From positions 1,211 through 65,210 of the forward strand of contig DATIOK010000130.1 of the NCBI GenBank assembly GCA_035473255.1: a stretch of DNA of 64,000 nt, in the 5' to 3' direction. This DNA is from Gaiellales bacterium (GTDB taxonomy: Bacteria > Actinomycetota > Thermoleophilia > Gaiellales > JAICJC01). Position numbers and translations under genes: made by a program. Positions 1 to 10,696 of this stretch are shown here, one piece after another; position 1 is the stretch's first letter; every line of letters begins with the position of its first letter. A model generated the notes under the pieces. That model was given only the letters and a program-made list of their open reading frames with translations, searched no databases and was not told the origin of the DNA.

Positions 1-1
1 G

Positions 2-1174
2 TGGCAGAACCGCTATCAATGGCGCCGGGCCGACGGCGAGCTGCGCTGGTTCCGGTCGATCACGCGGGTCGTGGCGCCGGGGGTGGTGCAATCGATCGTG
101 TTCGACGCCACCGAGGACGTGGAGCGGGATCAGGAGCTCGCCCTCGAGCAGCGCCGCTACAAGACGCTGGTCGAGCAGATGCCGATGGTGACCCTGCGTG
201 CCGACAGCAGCGGCGTGGTCGAGTACGTCAGCCCGCAGGTCGAGGAACTGTTCGGCACGTCGCCGGAGGAGTTCATCCGCGAGGTCAACTCCGAGAACTG
301 GCTGGAGATGATCCACCCGGCAGACCGAAGGCGGGTGGCGGAGTTCGTCGACCTCGGCCAGGACTGTGGCGACGAGGTGCACGAGCTGGAGCTGCGCGTG
401 CAGACGCGCCCCGGCGAGTACCGCGACATACTGCTGCGCCGCGCCCAGATCGACGCCCCGGAGACGGAGTCCGGCCACTACTTCCACAGCGTCGTGATCG
501 ACATCTCGGCGCTCCGTCAGGCCGAGGCACGCAGCCGCGCGGCCGTCGATCAGCTGGTGCGCGCCAGCGAGGAGGAGCAGGCGCGGCTGGCCGTGGAGCT
601 GCACGACGACACGCTCCAGGTGATGATCGCGGTGCTGCTGCAGCTGCAGCGCGTGCGGCCCGAGCAGCCCACCCTGGTGTCTGCTGCCGAGATGCTGGAG
701 GGGGCGATCGACCGCACCCGCCGGCTGATGTTCGAGATCCGCCCGGCGGCGCTGGAGCGGGAGGGGCTGGCGGCGATGATCTCACGGGTGGCACGCGAGG
801 GTCCCTGGCTGTCGGCCGAGGTCGACATCGCGATCGAGCGCCAGTCCCGGACGGTGGAGGCGCTCTGCTACCGGTCGTTACGCGAGCTGATCGTGAATGC
901 CCGCAAGCACTCCCAGGCCAGAACGCTGCGGGTGACAGGCCAGGAGTCCGGCGGCCAGCTGGCGTTCACCGTGGCGGACGACGGCGTCGGATTCGACACC
1001 GCTCAGGCGATGGACGGCGCCGACTTCCACGTCGGGCTGGCCACGATGGTCGAGCGGCTGCGCCTGGCCGGCGGCGAGGTCGAGATCGTCAGCAGCACCG
1101 GCGCCGGCACCGAGATCCGGATGACGCTGCCGGCCGAGCCGCGCGTGCAGACGGGTGCGAACACCGCGGCGTGA
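2..1174 (+). CDS. PAS-domain sensor histidine kinase (HisKA_3 type), 5' end outside window
   Basis: The frame of ORF 71..1174 stays open back to base 2 (WQNRYQWRRADGELRWFRS, end of a PAS fold). It has a further PAS segment, H-box ELHDDTLQ and HATPase G-box DDGVGFD. Stop TGA at 1172-1174. Confidence 0.85.
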   Translation, partial: WQNRYQWRRADGELRWFRSITRVVAPGVVQSIVFDATEDVERDQELALEQRRYKTLVEQMPMVTLRADSSGVVEYVSPQVEELFGTSPEEFIREVNSENWLEMIHPADRRRVAEFVDLGQDCGDEVHELELRVQTRPGEYRDILLRRAQIDAPETESGHYFHSVVIDISALRQAEARSRAAVDQLVRASEEEQARLAVELHDDTLQVMIAVLLQLQRVRPEQPTLVSAAEMLEGAIDRTRRLMFEIRPAALEREGLAAMISRVAREGPWLSAEVDIAIERQSRTVEALCYRSLRELIVNARKHSQARTLRVTGQESGGQLAFTVADDGVGFDTAQAMDGADFHVGLATMVERLRLAGGEVEIVSSTGAGTEIRMTLPAEPRVQTGANTAA

Positions 1175-1179
1175 CAACC

Positions 1180-2175
1180 TCAGTGTCTGTGGTACCCGTC
1201 GCTCTTGAACCAGGCGATCGTGTCGGCCAGCGTCTCGTCCAGCGGGCGCGTGCCGTAACCGAGCTCGGTGCGCGCCTTCTGCGACGTGTAGAACCACCAG
1301 TACGCGCTGGAGCGCAGCTCGTTGTCGTCGAGCGGCACCAGCGGCAGCCGCAGCGCCCGCGATACACGCAGGAACGGGGTGAGTGCGCCCACCGGCAGCT
1401 TGTAGGTCGCCCGCCGGCGGCCGGAGACGGTGCCGACGCGCTCGAAGAACTCGGGGTAGGGGAGGTTCCCTTCGTCGCTGGAGAGGATGTAGCGCTCGCC
1501 GGATGCGCCCCGCTGCTCTGCCAGCAGCATGCCGGACACCACATCGCGCACGTCCACGTAGGACAGCCCGCCCCGCACGGTGAACCGCAGCACGCCGCGC
1601 AGGTACTCCTCGATCGGCCAGGAGGAGACGCGGTGCACGTCGCCCGGCCCGATCAGGAACCCCGGGTTGACGACCACGACGTCGAGGCCGTCCGCGGCGG
1701 CCTGCAGCGCGTGCTGCTCGCCCAGCGCCTTGGCGCGCGCATAGCGGAAGTCGGGGCGCCCGTCGTCCCCGTCCAGCAGCCAATGGGCCTCGCTGCGGGG
1801 GTGCTCGGGCGTCGAAGCAGGGCCCATCGCACCCACGCTGGACGCGAACACGACGCGCTCGACGGCGGCCGTCGCCGCCGCGTCCAGCAGGTTCTTGGCG
1901 CCCACCACATTGACCTGCTCCAGGCGCAGGTCGTCGGAGGCGCGGTGCCCGACCACGCCGGCCAGGTGGAACACGTGGCTGACACCTTCCAACGCCGGCC
2001 CCAGGGTCTCGGGGTGGGTGACGTCGCCGAGCACCGTCATGGCGCCGGTGCCGGACAGCCGCTGCTCGGAGTCCCACGTCCGCACCATCGCCCGCACGTC
2101 GCGGCCCTGGGCGCGCAGCTGCCGCACCATCTCCACGCCGATGTAGCCGGCGGCACCGGTGACGAGGGTCAGCAT
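1180..2175 (-). CDS. NAD-dependent epimerase/dehydratase (SDR family)
   Basis: Tail of ORF 1180..2301. Internal ATG at 2175 gives MLTLVTGAAGYIG (Rossmann GxxGxxG); YARAK catalytic YxxxK is present. The upstream 42 codons look non-coding. Confidence 0.85.
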   Translation of the reverse strand: MLTLVTGAAGYIGVEMVRQLRAQGRDVRAMVRTWDSEQRLSGTGAMTVLGDVTHPETLGPALEGVSHVFHLAGVVGHRASDDLRLEQVNVVGAKNLLDAAATAAVERVVFASSVGAMGPASTPEHPRSEAHWLLDGDDGRPDFRYARAKALGEQHALQAAADGLDVVVVNPGFLIGPGDVHRVSSWPIEEYLRGVLRFTVRGGLSYVDVRDVVSGMLLAEQRGASGERYILSSDEGNLPYPEFFERVGTVSGRRRATYKLPVGALTPFLRVSRALRLPLVPLDDNELRSSAYWWFYTSQKARTELGYGTRPLDETLADTIAWFKSDGYHRH

Positions 2176-2209
2176 CCCGGAAAGCCTACCGGCGGGATAG
2201 GTTTCCCGA

Positions 2210-3547
2210 ATGGGTGAACGCCGCACGGTGGTGGCGCTGGGCCTGATCGTCGGTTTGGTGCTGGCCGATTCGTCGGTCGTGATCCTGGCGCTTCCCGACA
2301 TCCTCGATCACTTCAACGTCTCGATCGACCACGTGGCGTGGGTGCTGACGCTCTTCAACCTGGTGCTGGCCGTGGTCGCAGTGCCGGCCGCCTACCTGTC
2401 GCGGCGGTTCGCGCCGGGCGTCGTCTGCACGGCCGGGCTGCTGCTGTTCGCAGCGGCCTCGCTGGGCTGCGCGCTTGCCCCCGACTTCACCTGGCTGCTG
2501 GTCTCGCGCGCCGGCCAGGCCGTGGGCGGTGCCGCCGCCGTGTGCGCGGCGCTGGAGCTGCTCTCGACCGTGGCCGGCTCCGAGAGGCGCGCGGTGGGCG
2601 TGTGGGCGGCCGCCGGCGGGCTCGGTGCCGCGGCCGGACCGGCCGTCGGCGGGGTGCTGACCGACGCGATCAGCTGGCAGGCGATCTTCTTCGTGCAGGT
2701 GCCGCTGGCGCTGGCGGCACTGGCGCTGATCCCGCATCGCTCCACGCGGCCGGCCCCGGTAGCAGCTCCGGCCGGCCGACCCGCGCTGGCGGCGAACGTG
2801 TCGCTGGCGCTGCTTTCGGCGGCGCTGACGGCGGCGCTGTTCCTGGTGGTGCTGCTGCTGATCAACGGCTGGGGCCACAGCCCGCTGGCCGCGGCGGCGG
2901 TGGTGACGGTGATGCCGCTGGCGGCGTTTGCCACCTACCGGCTGGTCCCGGCAAACGCGCCCTCGGCCCGGATCCGGGCGATCTGCGGGGCGATCCTGAT
3001 CGCCGGTGGGCTGGCCGCGCTGGCGCTGCTGCCGGCGGCGGCATGGGGCTGGCTGGTGCCGCCGCAGGTGGCGATCGGCGTCGGCTTCGCGTTGTCGCTG
3101 GGCGCGCTCACGCAGGACGCGCTGGCCGGCCGCTCGCCGCTCGCCATCCACGGCGGCTGGACGCTGGCCGCCCGCCACGCCGGGGTCTGCCTGGGCCTGT
3201 TGATCCTGACGCCGATCTTCACCGGCGACCTGGTCGACCAGCAGAACGCCGCCGAGCTGGCCGGCACCCGTCTGATCCTCGACTCATCGCTCAGCCTCTC
3301 CCAGAAGGTGTCGCTGGGCTCGGCCATCGTCGCCCAGGTCAGCTCGGCCTCGGTCACGCGGCCGCCCAACCTGCATCCCGCGTTCCAGCAGGCGGGTGAC
3401 TCGCCGGAGGTGCATCGGCTGGAGGCTTCGATCCGGGATCAGATCGAGCGCGCGGTCACGCATGCGTTCAGCAACAGCTTCCTGGTGGCCTCGCTGCTGG
3501 CGCTGCTGGCGGCGCTGCCGCTGATCCGCGGGAACGTCGAGCTGTGA
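2210..3547 (+). CDS. MFS transporter (DHA-like) with soluble C-terminal extension
   Basis: 445-aa ORF with multiple hydrophobic helices and MFS-type loop motifs. Divergent from the SDR gene across a 34-bp gap. Confidence 0.8.
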   Translation: MGERRTVVALGLIVGLVLADSSVVILALPDILDHFNVSIDHVAWVLTLFNLVLAVVAVPAAYLSRRFAPGVVCTAGLLLFAAASLGCALAPDFTWLLVSRAGQAVGGAAAVCAALELLSTVAGSERRAVGVWAAAGGLGAAAGPAVGGVLTDAISWQAIFFVQVPLALAALALIPHRSTRPAPVAAPAGRPALAANVSLALLSAALTAALFLVVLLLINGWGHSPLAAAAVVTVMPLAAFATYRLVPANAPSARIRAICGAILIAGGLAALALLPAAAWGWLVPPQVAIGVGFALSLGALTQDALAGRSPLAIHGGWTLAARHAGVCLGLLILTPIFTGDLVDQQNAAELAGTRLILDSSLSLSQKVSLGSAIVAQVSSASVTRPPNLHPAFQQAGDSPEVHRLEASIRDQIERAVTHAFSNSFLVASLLALLAALPLIRGNVEL

Positions 3548-3999
3548 CCCGGCAGTCCAAGTGGCTGCTGGCTGCCGTCGCGATCGCGCTCGCCCTGGTG
3601 GGCGTCTACGCGCTGGCCGGCGGCACCGACTACAAGCCGGACGCCGCGCCCGACCCCTGCGCTGCGTACCGGTGGCCGCAGGGCGTCAGTGGCGCCACGG
3701 CGATCACCGCGCAGGTGGGGCTGTCGGCGCTGGGCGGTGCCGCCTGCGACCTCGGCGTCTCCCGCGAGGAGCTGACGCTGGCCTTCGCCGACCAGGGACG
3801 GCTGGATGCGTTCGAGAAGAAGCACGGCTTCAGCAGTGGCCGCGTCAACGAGGCCGCCCGCGCCGGCCTCAACCGTGCCGTCGACGAGGGCGAGCAGGCC
3901 GGCGCGTTCAACTCGGTGGAGGCGTTCCTGTTGCACGCGGCGATCGGACTGGCGCCGATCGACAAGCTGATCTCCTACGTGCGGCAGTACCTGTCGTAG
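3544..3999 (+). CDS. membrane-anchored hypothetical protein
   Basis: 151-aa ORF with an N-terminal TM helix ([20 protein letters not shown]). GTGA start/stop overlap with the upstream MFS gene suggests translational coupling. Confidence 0.6.
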   Translation: MTRQSKWLLAAVAIALALVGVYALAGGTDYKPDAAPDPCAAYRWPQGVSGATAITAQVGLSALGGAACDLGVSREELTLAFADQGRLDAFEKKHGFSSGRVNEAARAGLNRAVDEGEQAGAFNSVEAFLLHAAIGLAPIDKLISYVRQYLS

Positions 4000-4063
4000 C
4001 GCCTACTGCTGCCTCACGCGACAGACTGCGACCGCGCTCGGCGGTCTGTGCGATCCTCGAGGC

Positions 4064-5254
4064 ATGCGTCGCACCGCGGTCCTGATCTACCTCGCAATCT
4101 TCATCGGCGAGGTGGTGTGGTCGTCACTCGTGCCGCTGGTGCCCACGTACAGCGACCGGTTCGACCTGTCCAAGCTGGAGGCGGGGGTGCTGCTGGCGGC
4201 GGCCAGCCTCACGATCCTGCTGGCGTCGATCCCGGCGACGCTGCTGAGCGACCGCTACGGCGCGCGAGCGGTGACGCTGGTGGCCGTGGGCGGGATGGCG
4301 GTGGCCGATGTCGGGCAGGCGCTGGCCGATCGCTACTGGATGCTGCTGGTGGCGCGTGCGCTGTTCGGGATCGCGTTCGGGGCGCTGTGGGTGGCCGGAG
4401 TGGCGTGGCTGGCCGAGGCTGCCGGCGCGCTGCAGGCGCGGGCGCTGTCGTTGACGATCACGACGGCGGGGCTGGCCGGGATCGTGGGACCGGCGTTCGC
4501 GGGCGTGCTGGTGCAGCGGTTCGGGCTGGCGGCGCCGTTCCTGAGCTGTGCGATCGGAACGGCGGCGGTGGTGTCGATGATGGTGCTCTCGGAATCGGAT
4601 GCGGGGCAGCGGCTGGACGGCGTGCCGCCGCTGCTGCAGACGCTGGGGGCGGCGATGGGCAGCAGGCTGATCCTGTCCAGCCTGCTCCTGATGACGCTGG
4701 GCGGGTTCGTGGGCGGCGCCACCAACCTGCTGGCGCCGCTACAGCTGCACCAGAACGGGCTCAGCAGCGCGGCGATCGGGATCGCGTTCTCGGCGGCGGC
4801 GGTGGCGTTCATCGCGTCGAGCGGTGTGGTGGCACGGTTCGGGGAGCGGGCGGCGAAGGTGGGGGTGGGTGTCATCGCGACCGTGCTGATGTCGACGACG
4901 CTGCTGATCGTGGTGGTCAGCACGACGACGCCGGCGGTGCTCAGCTTCCTGCTGCTGCGGGGCCCGGTCGCGGCGGTGATGTTCACGATCACGTTCCCGC
5001 TGGGCGTCGTCGGAGCGCGCGCCGCGGGGGTCAGCCTGAGCGCGGTGGCGGCGTTGCTGAACATGGTCTGGGCGGGGTCGGCGCTGGTCGGTCCGATCCT
5101 GGCAGGCGCGATCTCGCAAGCCGCGTCGCCCGAGGCCAGCTACCTGGTCGTGATCGTGATGGCGCTGGCCGGCAGCGCCTGGATGGCGACGGCAGGACGC
5201 GCTCCGCGCGTGGCGCGGGAGCCGGACTGCACGCGCACGGTCACCGGACGCTAG
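4064..5254 (+). CDS. MFS transporter
   Basis: 396-aa polytopic ORF. Its N-terminal region is paralogous to ORFs 5454..6641 and 39784..40926 (LVPLVPxYxDRFxLS). Confidence 0.85.
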   Translation: MRRTAVLIYLAIFIGEVVWSSLVPLVPTYSDRFDLSKLEAGVLLAAASLTILLASIPATLLSDRYGARAVTLVAVGGMAVADVGQALADRYWMLLVARALFGIAFGALWVAGVAWLAEAAGALQARALSLTITTAGLAGIVGPAFAGVLVQRFGLAAPFLSCAIGTAAVVSMMVLSESDAGQRLDGVPPLLQTLGAAMGSRLILSSLLLMTLGGFVGGATNLLAPLQLHQNGLSSAAIGIAFSAAAVAFIASSGVVARFGERAAKVGVGVIATVLMSTTLLIVVVSTTTPAVLSFLLLRGPVAAVMFTITFPLGVVGARAAGVSLSAVAALLNMVWAGSALVGPILAGAISQAASPEASYLVVIVMALAGSAWMATAGRAPRVAREPDCTRTVTGR

Positions 5255-5318
5255 CAGGGGGCGGGACGGCGCGGGTTAGAATCCGGCGCGGAGCGGCCGC
5301 CCGGCGGCCGCGCCGGTT

Positions 5319-5391
5319 GCCGACGTAGCTCAGCTGGTAGAGCACATCACTCGTAATGATGGGGTCGGGAGTTCGAGTCTCCCCGTCGGCT
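5319..5391 (+). tRNA. tRNA-Thr (anticodon CGT)
   Basis: Hand-folded cloverleaf: acceptor GCCGACG/CGTCGGC, D-arm GCTC..GAGC, anticodon stem CATCA/TGATG with loop CTCGTAA, T-arm GGGAG TTCGAGT CTCCC. Confidence 0.95.
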
Positions 5392-5453
5392 CTCGACAGA
5401 CCTCCCGCGGGACGACGACCTGTGGCGGCTCCCGGCGCGCAAGCCGATAGCGT

Positions 5454-6641
5454 GTGAGCATGCAGCCCTACCGCCGTATCACCATCGCCGTCGGCGTCTC
5501 GATGTTCGTCGACGCCTCGCTGTACCTGGCGGTGCTGCCGCTGCTGCCCCGCTACGCCGACCAGTTCAACCTGAACACGTTCCAGGCCGGCCTGGTGCTG
5601 GCCGCCTACCCGGTCTCTGTGCCGTTCGTCTCGCTCGGCTGCATCGTGCTGGTGCCGCGCATCGGCGCCCGCCGCATCTCGCTTGCCTCCGCGCTACTGA
5701 TGACCATCGCCACGGTCATCTTCGCCTGGGCGCCGAACGTCGAAGTCCTGATCCTGGCCCGGTTCGTCCAGGGCTTCGCCAGCGGCTCGATCTGGACGGC
5801 CTCCATGTCCTGGGTCACCGACAACGCCCCGGCCGGCCACCGCGGCCGCGAGTCCGGCATCGTCATGGGCCTGCTCTCGGCCGGGTCGATCGCCGGCCCC
5901 GGCATCGGCGCCCTCGCCGCCACCGCCGGTTCCGGCCTCGCATTCGGGCTGGTCGCCGCCGTCAGCTTCGTGGGCGTGGTGCTCGCCCTGCTCGCCCCAA
6001 CCGGCCGGGCGGTCACCGCCGGCGAGTCGCGTCTCTGGGCCTCGATCGCGCGCGGCGCGCGACAGCCGGCCACGATTGCGGCCATGGCCATGAGCCTGAT
6101 CGACCTCTGCGCCTTTGGCGCCGTCGATCTGCTGGTGCCGCTTGGCCTCGGCAGGAGCGGCACCTCGGTCGACGTGATCGCGATCTGCTTCGCCGCCGGC
6201 GCCGTGCTTGGCGCCGCGGTCGGTCCCATCGCCGGTCGCGTGGTCGACCGCATCGGCCCCGCGCCCGTGGGACTGGTGGTCGGCATCGGCGTGATGGTGA
6301 TCCCCGTCGTGCTTGCGTTCGGGCCCTCGGACGTCGTCCAGCTGGCGCTGCTGGTAACCGCCGGCCCCCTGTTCGCGGTGATCGGCGCCGCGATGTTCCC
6401 GCTCTCCTCACTCGGCGCCGACGCTGCCCGCGTGTCACACGTGACCGTGATGGGCCTGCTCGGCGTTGTCTGGGCGGCCGGCTTCGCCGTCGTGCCGCTG
6501 GTGCTCGGGGCGGTGGCTACCGCCACCTCCACCGCCACCGCGTTCACGCTGGCGTCGTTGCTCTGCCTGCCGGCCCTGGTGCTGCTGGTGACCAGCGTGC
6601 GCCGGCTGGGTGCCGCCCCCGCCGTTGCGCCCGCCGCGTGA
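5454..6641 (+). CDS. MFS transporter
   Basis: 395-aa polytopic ORF, paralog of 4064..5254. The start could instead be the ATG at 5460. Confidence 0.85.
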   Translation: MSMQPYRRITIAVGVSMFVDASLYLAVLPLLPRYADQFNLNTFQAGLVLAAYPVSVPFVSLGCIVLVPRIGARRISLASALLMTIATVIFAWAPNVEVLILARFVQGFASGSIWTASMSWVTDNAPAGHRGRESGIVMGLLSAGSIAGPGIGALAATAGSGLAFGLVAAVSFVGVVLALLAPTGRAVTAGESRLWASIARGARQPATIAAMAMSLIDLCAFGAVDLLVPLGLGRSGTSVDVIAICFAAGAVLGAAVGPIAGRVVDRIGPAPVGLVVGIGVMVIPVVLAFGPSDVVQLALLVTAGPLFAVIGAAMFPLSSLGADAARVSHVTVMGLLGVVWAAGFAVVPLVLGAVATATSTATAFTLASLLCLPALVLLVTSVRRLGAAPAVAPAA

Positions 6642-6644
6642 CGG

Positions 6645-7004
6645 CTACCCGGTGGCCACCCACACAACCAGGATCGTGGTCGTGCCGTCGTGGCCGTCCA
6701 TGCCGTAGTGGTGGAACAGCTGCTCCTCCTCGCTCGGCGAGAGGCTCTCGTCGGCGCTGATGTTGGGCGCGTTGTTGACCTGATCGGCAGTGAACGCAAC
6801 CCGGATCTTCTCGCCCTCGATCTCCGCACCCTCGACCGGCACGAAGTGCAGCTTGGTGCCGAAGCGCCCGCCGCTGACCAGCAGGAATGCCGCCTCGCTC
6901 GTGCGCTCGTCGGCGTAGAGGTCCTCGGCTCGTCCCAGATGCGTGCCGCCGACGTCGATCACCTCGCGCTCGCGCATGATGTGCAGATCAGCTGTACCCG
7001 GCAT
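6645..7004 (-). CDS. PRC-barrel domain protein
   Basis: Tail of ORF 6645..7217 from the ATG at 7004: MPGTADLHIMREREVIDVGGTHLGRAEDLY... The layout is typical of a small PRC-barrel protein. Confidence 0.7.
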   Translation of the reverse strand: MPGTADLHIMREREVIDVGGTHLGRAEDLYADERTSEAAFLLVSGGRFGTKLHFVPVEGAEIEGEKIRVAFTADQVNNAPNISADESLSPSEEEQLFHHYGMDGHDGTTTILVVWVATG

Positions 7005-7080
7005 GTGAACCCCCTTCGTGAGCAGATGGTGGTGGCGCCAGCCTAGATCAATCATCAGCGCTCTGCGAGACTGCGTGGCC

Positions 7081-7794
7081 GTGAACGACGCCGCGATCAG
7101 CATCCGCGATCTGGTGGTCGACCGCGGCGGGCACCGTGTGCTCGACGGTGTGTCGGTGGAGGTGGCCGCCGGCCGCATCACCGGGCTGCTAGGTCCCAGC
7201 GGATGCGGCAAGTCCACGCTGATGCGCTCGATCGTCGGCGTGCAGATCGTCGCCTCCGGCCGGGTCGACGTGCTGGGCCTGCCGGCCGGGGCGCCCGGCC
7301 TGCGCTCGGACGTCGGCTACGTCACTCAGGCGCCGTCGGTCTACCTCGACCTGACCGCCCGCCAGAACCTCGACTACTTCGCGCGCGTGCTCGACGCACC
7401 CGCCCAGCGCGTGGCCGAGGCGATCGCGTCCGTCGACCTGGCCTCCAGCGCCGACCGGCCGGTCGGCAGCCTCTCCGGCGGCCAGCGGGCGCGCGTGTCG
7501 CTGGCCACCGCGCTGCTCAGCCGGCCTCGGCTGCTGGTGCTGGACGAGCCCACCGTCGGCCTCGATCCGGTGCTGCGCGGCGAGCTCTGGGCCGGCTTCC
7601 GCGACCTGGCCGACGCCGGCACCACGCTGCTCGTGAGCAGCCACGTGATGGACGAGGCCGACCGCTGCGACGACATCGTGCTGATGCGCGACGGCGCCAT
7701 CCTGGCGGCGACTGCGCGCGAGCAGCTCTTGACCGAGACCGGCGCCGACGGTGTCGAGCAGGCCTTCCTGCGCCTGGTCGGTGCGGGCTCGTGA
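7081..7794 (+). CDS. ABC transporter ATP-binding protein
   Basis: Walker A GPSGCGKST, signature LSGGQRARV, Walker B LLVLDEPT. The GTG at 7081 is preferred over the track start at 7018. Confidence 0.9.
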   Translation: MNDAAISIRDLVVDRGGHRVLDGVSVEVAAGRITGLLGPSGCGKSTLMRSIVGVQIVASGRVDVLGLPAGAPGLRSDVGYVTQAPSVYLDLTARQNLDYFARVLDAPAQRVAEAIASVDLASSADRPVGSLSGGQRARVSLATALLSRPRLLVLDEPTVGLDPVLRGELWAGFRDLADAGTTLLVSSHVMDEADRCDDIVLMRDGAILAATAREQLLTETGADGVEQAFLRLVGAGS

Positions 7795-8528
7795 GCCCGC
7801 GGGTGGTGCTGTCAACCGGCCGGCGGGTGCTGCTGCAGCTGCGCGGCGATCCGCGCACGCTGGCGCTGTTGCTGCTGGTGCCGTGCGTGCTCGAGGCGCT
7901 GATCAAGTGGGTGTTCGAGGGCACGCCGGAGGTGTTCCAGCGCGTGGGTGTGCCTCTCGTCGGCATCTTCCCGCTGGTCTCGATGTTCCTGGTCACGTCG
8001 ATCGCGATGCTGCGTGAGCGCACCACCGGCACGCTCGAGCGGCTCATGACAATGCCGCTGGCGAAGCTCGATTTGCTGGCCGGCTACGGCCTGGCGTTCG
8101 CGGCGATGGCCACACTGCAGGCCGGGCTCGTGTCCTTCGTCGCCGTCGGCCTGCTCGGTCTCGAGGTGGCCGGATCGACACCGTTGGTGGTCGTGTTCGC
8201 CGTGCTGAACGCACTGCTGGGCATGGCCCTCGGCCTGTTCCTCTCCGCCTTTGCGCGCACCGAGTTCCAGGCGGTCCAGTTCATGCCGGCGTTCCTGCTG
8301 CCGCAGATCCTGCTGTGTGGGCTGCTGGTGCCGCGGGACCGGATGGCGCGGCCGCTGGAGCTGATCTCCTACCTGCTGCCGATGACCTACGCCTACGACG
8401 CGCTGTCGCGGGTGGCGGCCTCGTCGACGGTCAGCGCCGAGGTCTGGCGAGACGCTGTGATCCTGATCGGCGCGACGGCGCTCGCGCTCGGGCTGGGCGC
8501 CGCCACCCTGCGGCGCCGCACGGCCTAG
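7791..8528 (+). CDS. ABC-2 type transporter permease
   Basis: GTG at 7791 overlaps the ATPase stop (GTGA). It is the in-frame part of ORF 7203..8528 and encodes a 6-TM ABC-2 pattern (VSPRVVLSTGRRVLLQLRGDPRT...). Confidence 0.85.
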   Translation: MSPRVVLSTGRRVLLQLRGDPRTLALLLLVPCVLEALIKWVFEGTPEVFQRVGVPLVGIFPLVSMFLVTSIAMLRERTTGTLERLMTMPLAKLDLLAGYGLAFAAMATLQAGLVSFVAVGLLGLEVAGSTPLVVVFAVLNALLGMALGLFLSAFARTEFQAVQFMPAFLLPQILLCGLLVPRDRMARPLELISYLLPMTYAYDALSRVAASSTVSAEVWRDAVILIGATALALGLGAATLRRRTA

Positions 8529-8538
8529 CTGGATGTGG

Positions 8539-9138
8539 TCACCCGTCGATCGGGATGTGCCGGGGCTGCGACGCTACCCGTGCCAGCCAGGTCTCGACCG
8601 CCGGGAACCGGCCCAGCTCGAACCCGCCCTCCTCGGCCACGTTCGTGTAGCCGTAGAGCGCGATGTCGGCCACCGTGTAGCGCTCGCCGACCAGGAACGC
8701 GTGCTCTGCCAGGTGCCGCTCCATCGCGGCCAGCGTGCCGTATCCCGCCTCCTGCTTGGCCGGCAGCTCCGCCGCCCAGCGCTCGGGAGTGCCCGACACG
8801 GCCAGCCAGAACCGCGCCACCGCGATGTTCGGCTCCAGGTCGTACTGCTCGAAGAACAGCCACTGCAGCACCTGCGCCCGCTCGTAGCGGTCGTCGGGCA
8901 GGAACGGCGTGCCCTCGGCCAGGTAGCAGAGGATCGCGCCCGACTCGCCCAGCGCGCGGCCGTCGTCGAACACCAGCGTCGGCACCCGCAGCGCCGGGTT
9001 GAGGCCGCCCAGCACGTTCGGGCGGTCGGAGCGGTCGAGCACGTCCATCTCCACCAGCTCCAGCGACAGTCCCAGCTGCGCCGCCAGCAGCCGCACCTTG
9101 TAGCAGTTACCCGAGACCGCGCTGTTGTAGAGCAGCAA
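8539..9138 (-). CDS. glutathione S-transferase family protein
   Basis: 199-aa ORF with a GST N-terminal thioredoxin-like fold (VPTLVFDDGRALGESGAILCYL) and a C-terminal helical domain. Confidence 0.8.
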   Translation of the reverse strand: MLLYNSAVSGNCYKVRLLAAQLGLSLELVEMDVLDRSDRPNVLGGLNPALRVPTLVFDDGRALGESGAILCYLAEGTPFLPDDRYERAQVLQWLFFEQYDLEPNIAVARFWLAVSGTPERWAAELPAKQEAGYGTLAAMERHLAEHAFLVGERYTVADIALYGYTNVAEEGGFELGRFPAVETWLARVASQPRHIPIDG

Positions 9139-9147
9139 CGGCTCGCC

Positions 9148-10653
9148 CTAGAACCACTTGGTGTAGATCGGGTCCGGCACCGGCACCGCGTGGTCGGCCG
9201 GCGTGCCGTGAAACAGCGACGTGATGCCCTTCGACCAGGCCTTCGCGCGGTCGGTCAGCTGCCGGTCGTCGGTCTGCATGCGCCCGCGGGTCACGATCAC
9301 ACCCAGATCGCCGCCCTTGTAGCGGTACTCGTCGGTGCCGTAGACGCGCAGGTAGAAGGCCTCGTCGTCATGTCCGACCGTGTGCCACGTGGTCACCAGC
9401 CGCACGAACTCGATGCTGCCGTCCTCGCGCATCTGCCAGAGCCCGCTGGACGGGGCGCGGGTGATCCTCTCGACCGCGTCGTCGGTCTGCTTCAGCACCA
9501 GCTGGCTCCATTCGTCGTAGGTCTCCCACCGCTTCTGCAGCTTCTTCAGGTCGACCTCCCAGTCCACGTCCAGGAACTCGAGCAGGTGGAACAGGAACAG
9601 CGGCGCCCCGCCGTACTTCGACGTGAGCAGGTTGGTGAGCGGGCTGGCGCCGGAGATGCGCGGGTTGATCTCGCCCAGGTAGACCTCGCCGCTGCCGTTC
9701 TCGACCAGGAAGTCGACGCAGAAGACGCCGCTGTAGCCGTGCGCGTAGAGCGTGTCGCCGAGCTTGCGCGCCATCGCCCGGATCGAATCGCGCGTCGCCT
9801 TGTCGAACACGCCGGGAAACACGTCGTTGCCGCACCAGCCACCGCGGTAGGGGGTCAGCTCCTCGAAGCCGGTGATGTCGGTCTGGATCGGCCCCACCAG
9901 CGTGCCGTGCCTGGTGGCGCAGGCCTCCACCGTGCCCGGCAGGTGCTCGATCCGGCGCATGATCTTGAGCTCCTCGCCCTCGAGCTTCTCGGAGTGCTCG
10001 TCCCACTGCTCCTCGTTCGTGATGAAGAACGTGGTGCGGCCGGAGTCGCCGTAGGGCGTCTGCACGACCAGGTCGGAGCCGAGCTTTGCCTTGCGGGCGC
10101 GCTCCATCAGCTGCTTGAAGCTCTTGGCCCGGGCCAGCACGTTGGGCGCGCACTCGATGCCGGCCTCGCCGGCCAGCTGCGTGGTCGTGATCTTGGAATC
10201 GACGTGCTCGCGCAGCGCCCGCGGCGGCAGCGCGATGTCGAGCCCCAGCTCGCCGGCCAGCTCCTCGGTGTCGGAGTCGAACATGACGAACAGCACCTTG
10301 CCCCCGCCCCGTGCGTGCACGCGGTCGGCCACCTGCTTGTGGCCAAGCAGGTAGGTGTTCACGTCCTCGAACGAGCCGAAGTCGCGGGCCCCCTCGCTGT
10401 GCGGCACGAACACGTGCGGGTGGTGGCCGTCGAACGAGTCGAAGTAGGTGATGTACTCGAACGCCCCCACCCACTGGTCGATGCCGAGCACGTTGTAGGC
10501 GGTCGGGGAGACGAAGTAGATGGGCGTGCGGCTGGAGCGGGCGAACTGGTAGACGTCGTTGAGGCCGCGCAGCTTCGGCCGTGCCGAGCGCTTCGCCACA
10601 ATCCCCTTGCCAGGTGTCACCGGCGGTGTCCCCCTGTTGACGCCATCCGGCAA
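9148..10653 (-). CDS. ATP-grasp family ligase with pre-ATP-grasp N-domain (PGM1-like peptide ligase type)
   Basis: 501-aa ORF. It carries ATP-grasp signatures (LVVQTPYGDSGRTTFF, CVDFLVENGSGEVYLGEINPRISGASP). Only 10 bp upstream of the GST gene. Confidence 0.75.
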   Translation of the reverse strand: MPDGVNRGTPPVTPGKGIVAKRSARPKLRGLNDVYQFARSSRTPIYFVSPTAYNVLGIDQWVGAFEYITYFDSFDGHHPHVFVPHSEGARDFGSFEDVNTYLLGHKQVADRVHARGGGKVLFVMFDSDTEELAGELGLDIALPPRALREHVDSKITTTQLAGEAGIECAPNVLARAKSFKQLMERARKAKLGSDLVVQTPYGDSGRTTFFITNEEQWDEHSEKLEGEELKIMRRIEHLPGTVEACATRHGTLVGPIQTDITGFEELTPYRGGWCGNDVFPGVFDKATRDSIRAMARKLGDTLYAHGYSGVFCVDFLVENGSGEVYLGEINPRISGASPLTNLLTSKYGGAPLFLFHLLEFLDVDWEVDLKKLQKRWETYDEWSQLVLKQTDDAVERITRAPSSGLWQMREDGSIEFVRLVTTWHTVGHDDEAFYLRVYGTDEYRYKGGDLGVIVTRGRMQTDDRQLTDRAKAWSKGITSLFHGTPADHAVPVPDPIYTKWF

Positions 10654-10696
10654 CGCTACAGGTGCGCGCCACGGCCATCAAGGCCGGCGCGGTGGC

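Noticed and set aside
1-2217. 738-aa plus-strand ORF spanning the first 2.2 kb
   Set aside because: The translation is Arg/Gly/Ala/Pro-rich and low in complexity, as expected for off-frame reading of high-GC DNA. It overlaps the well-supported histidine kinase (a different frame) and the SDR gene (opposite strand).
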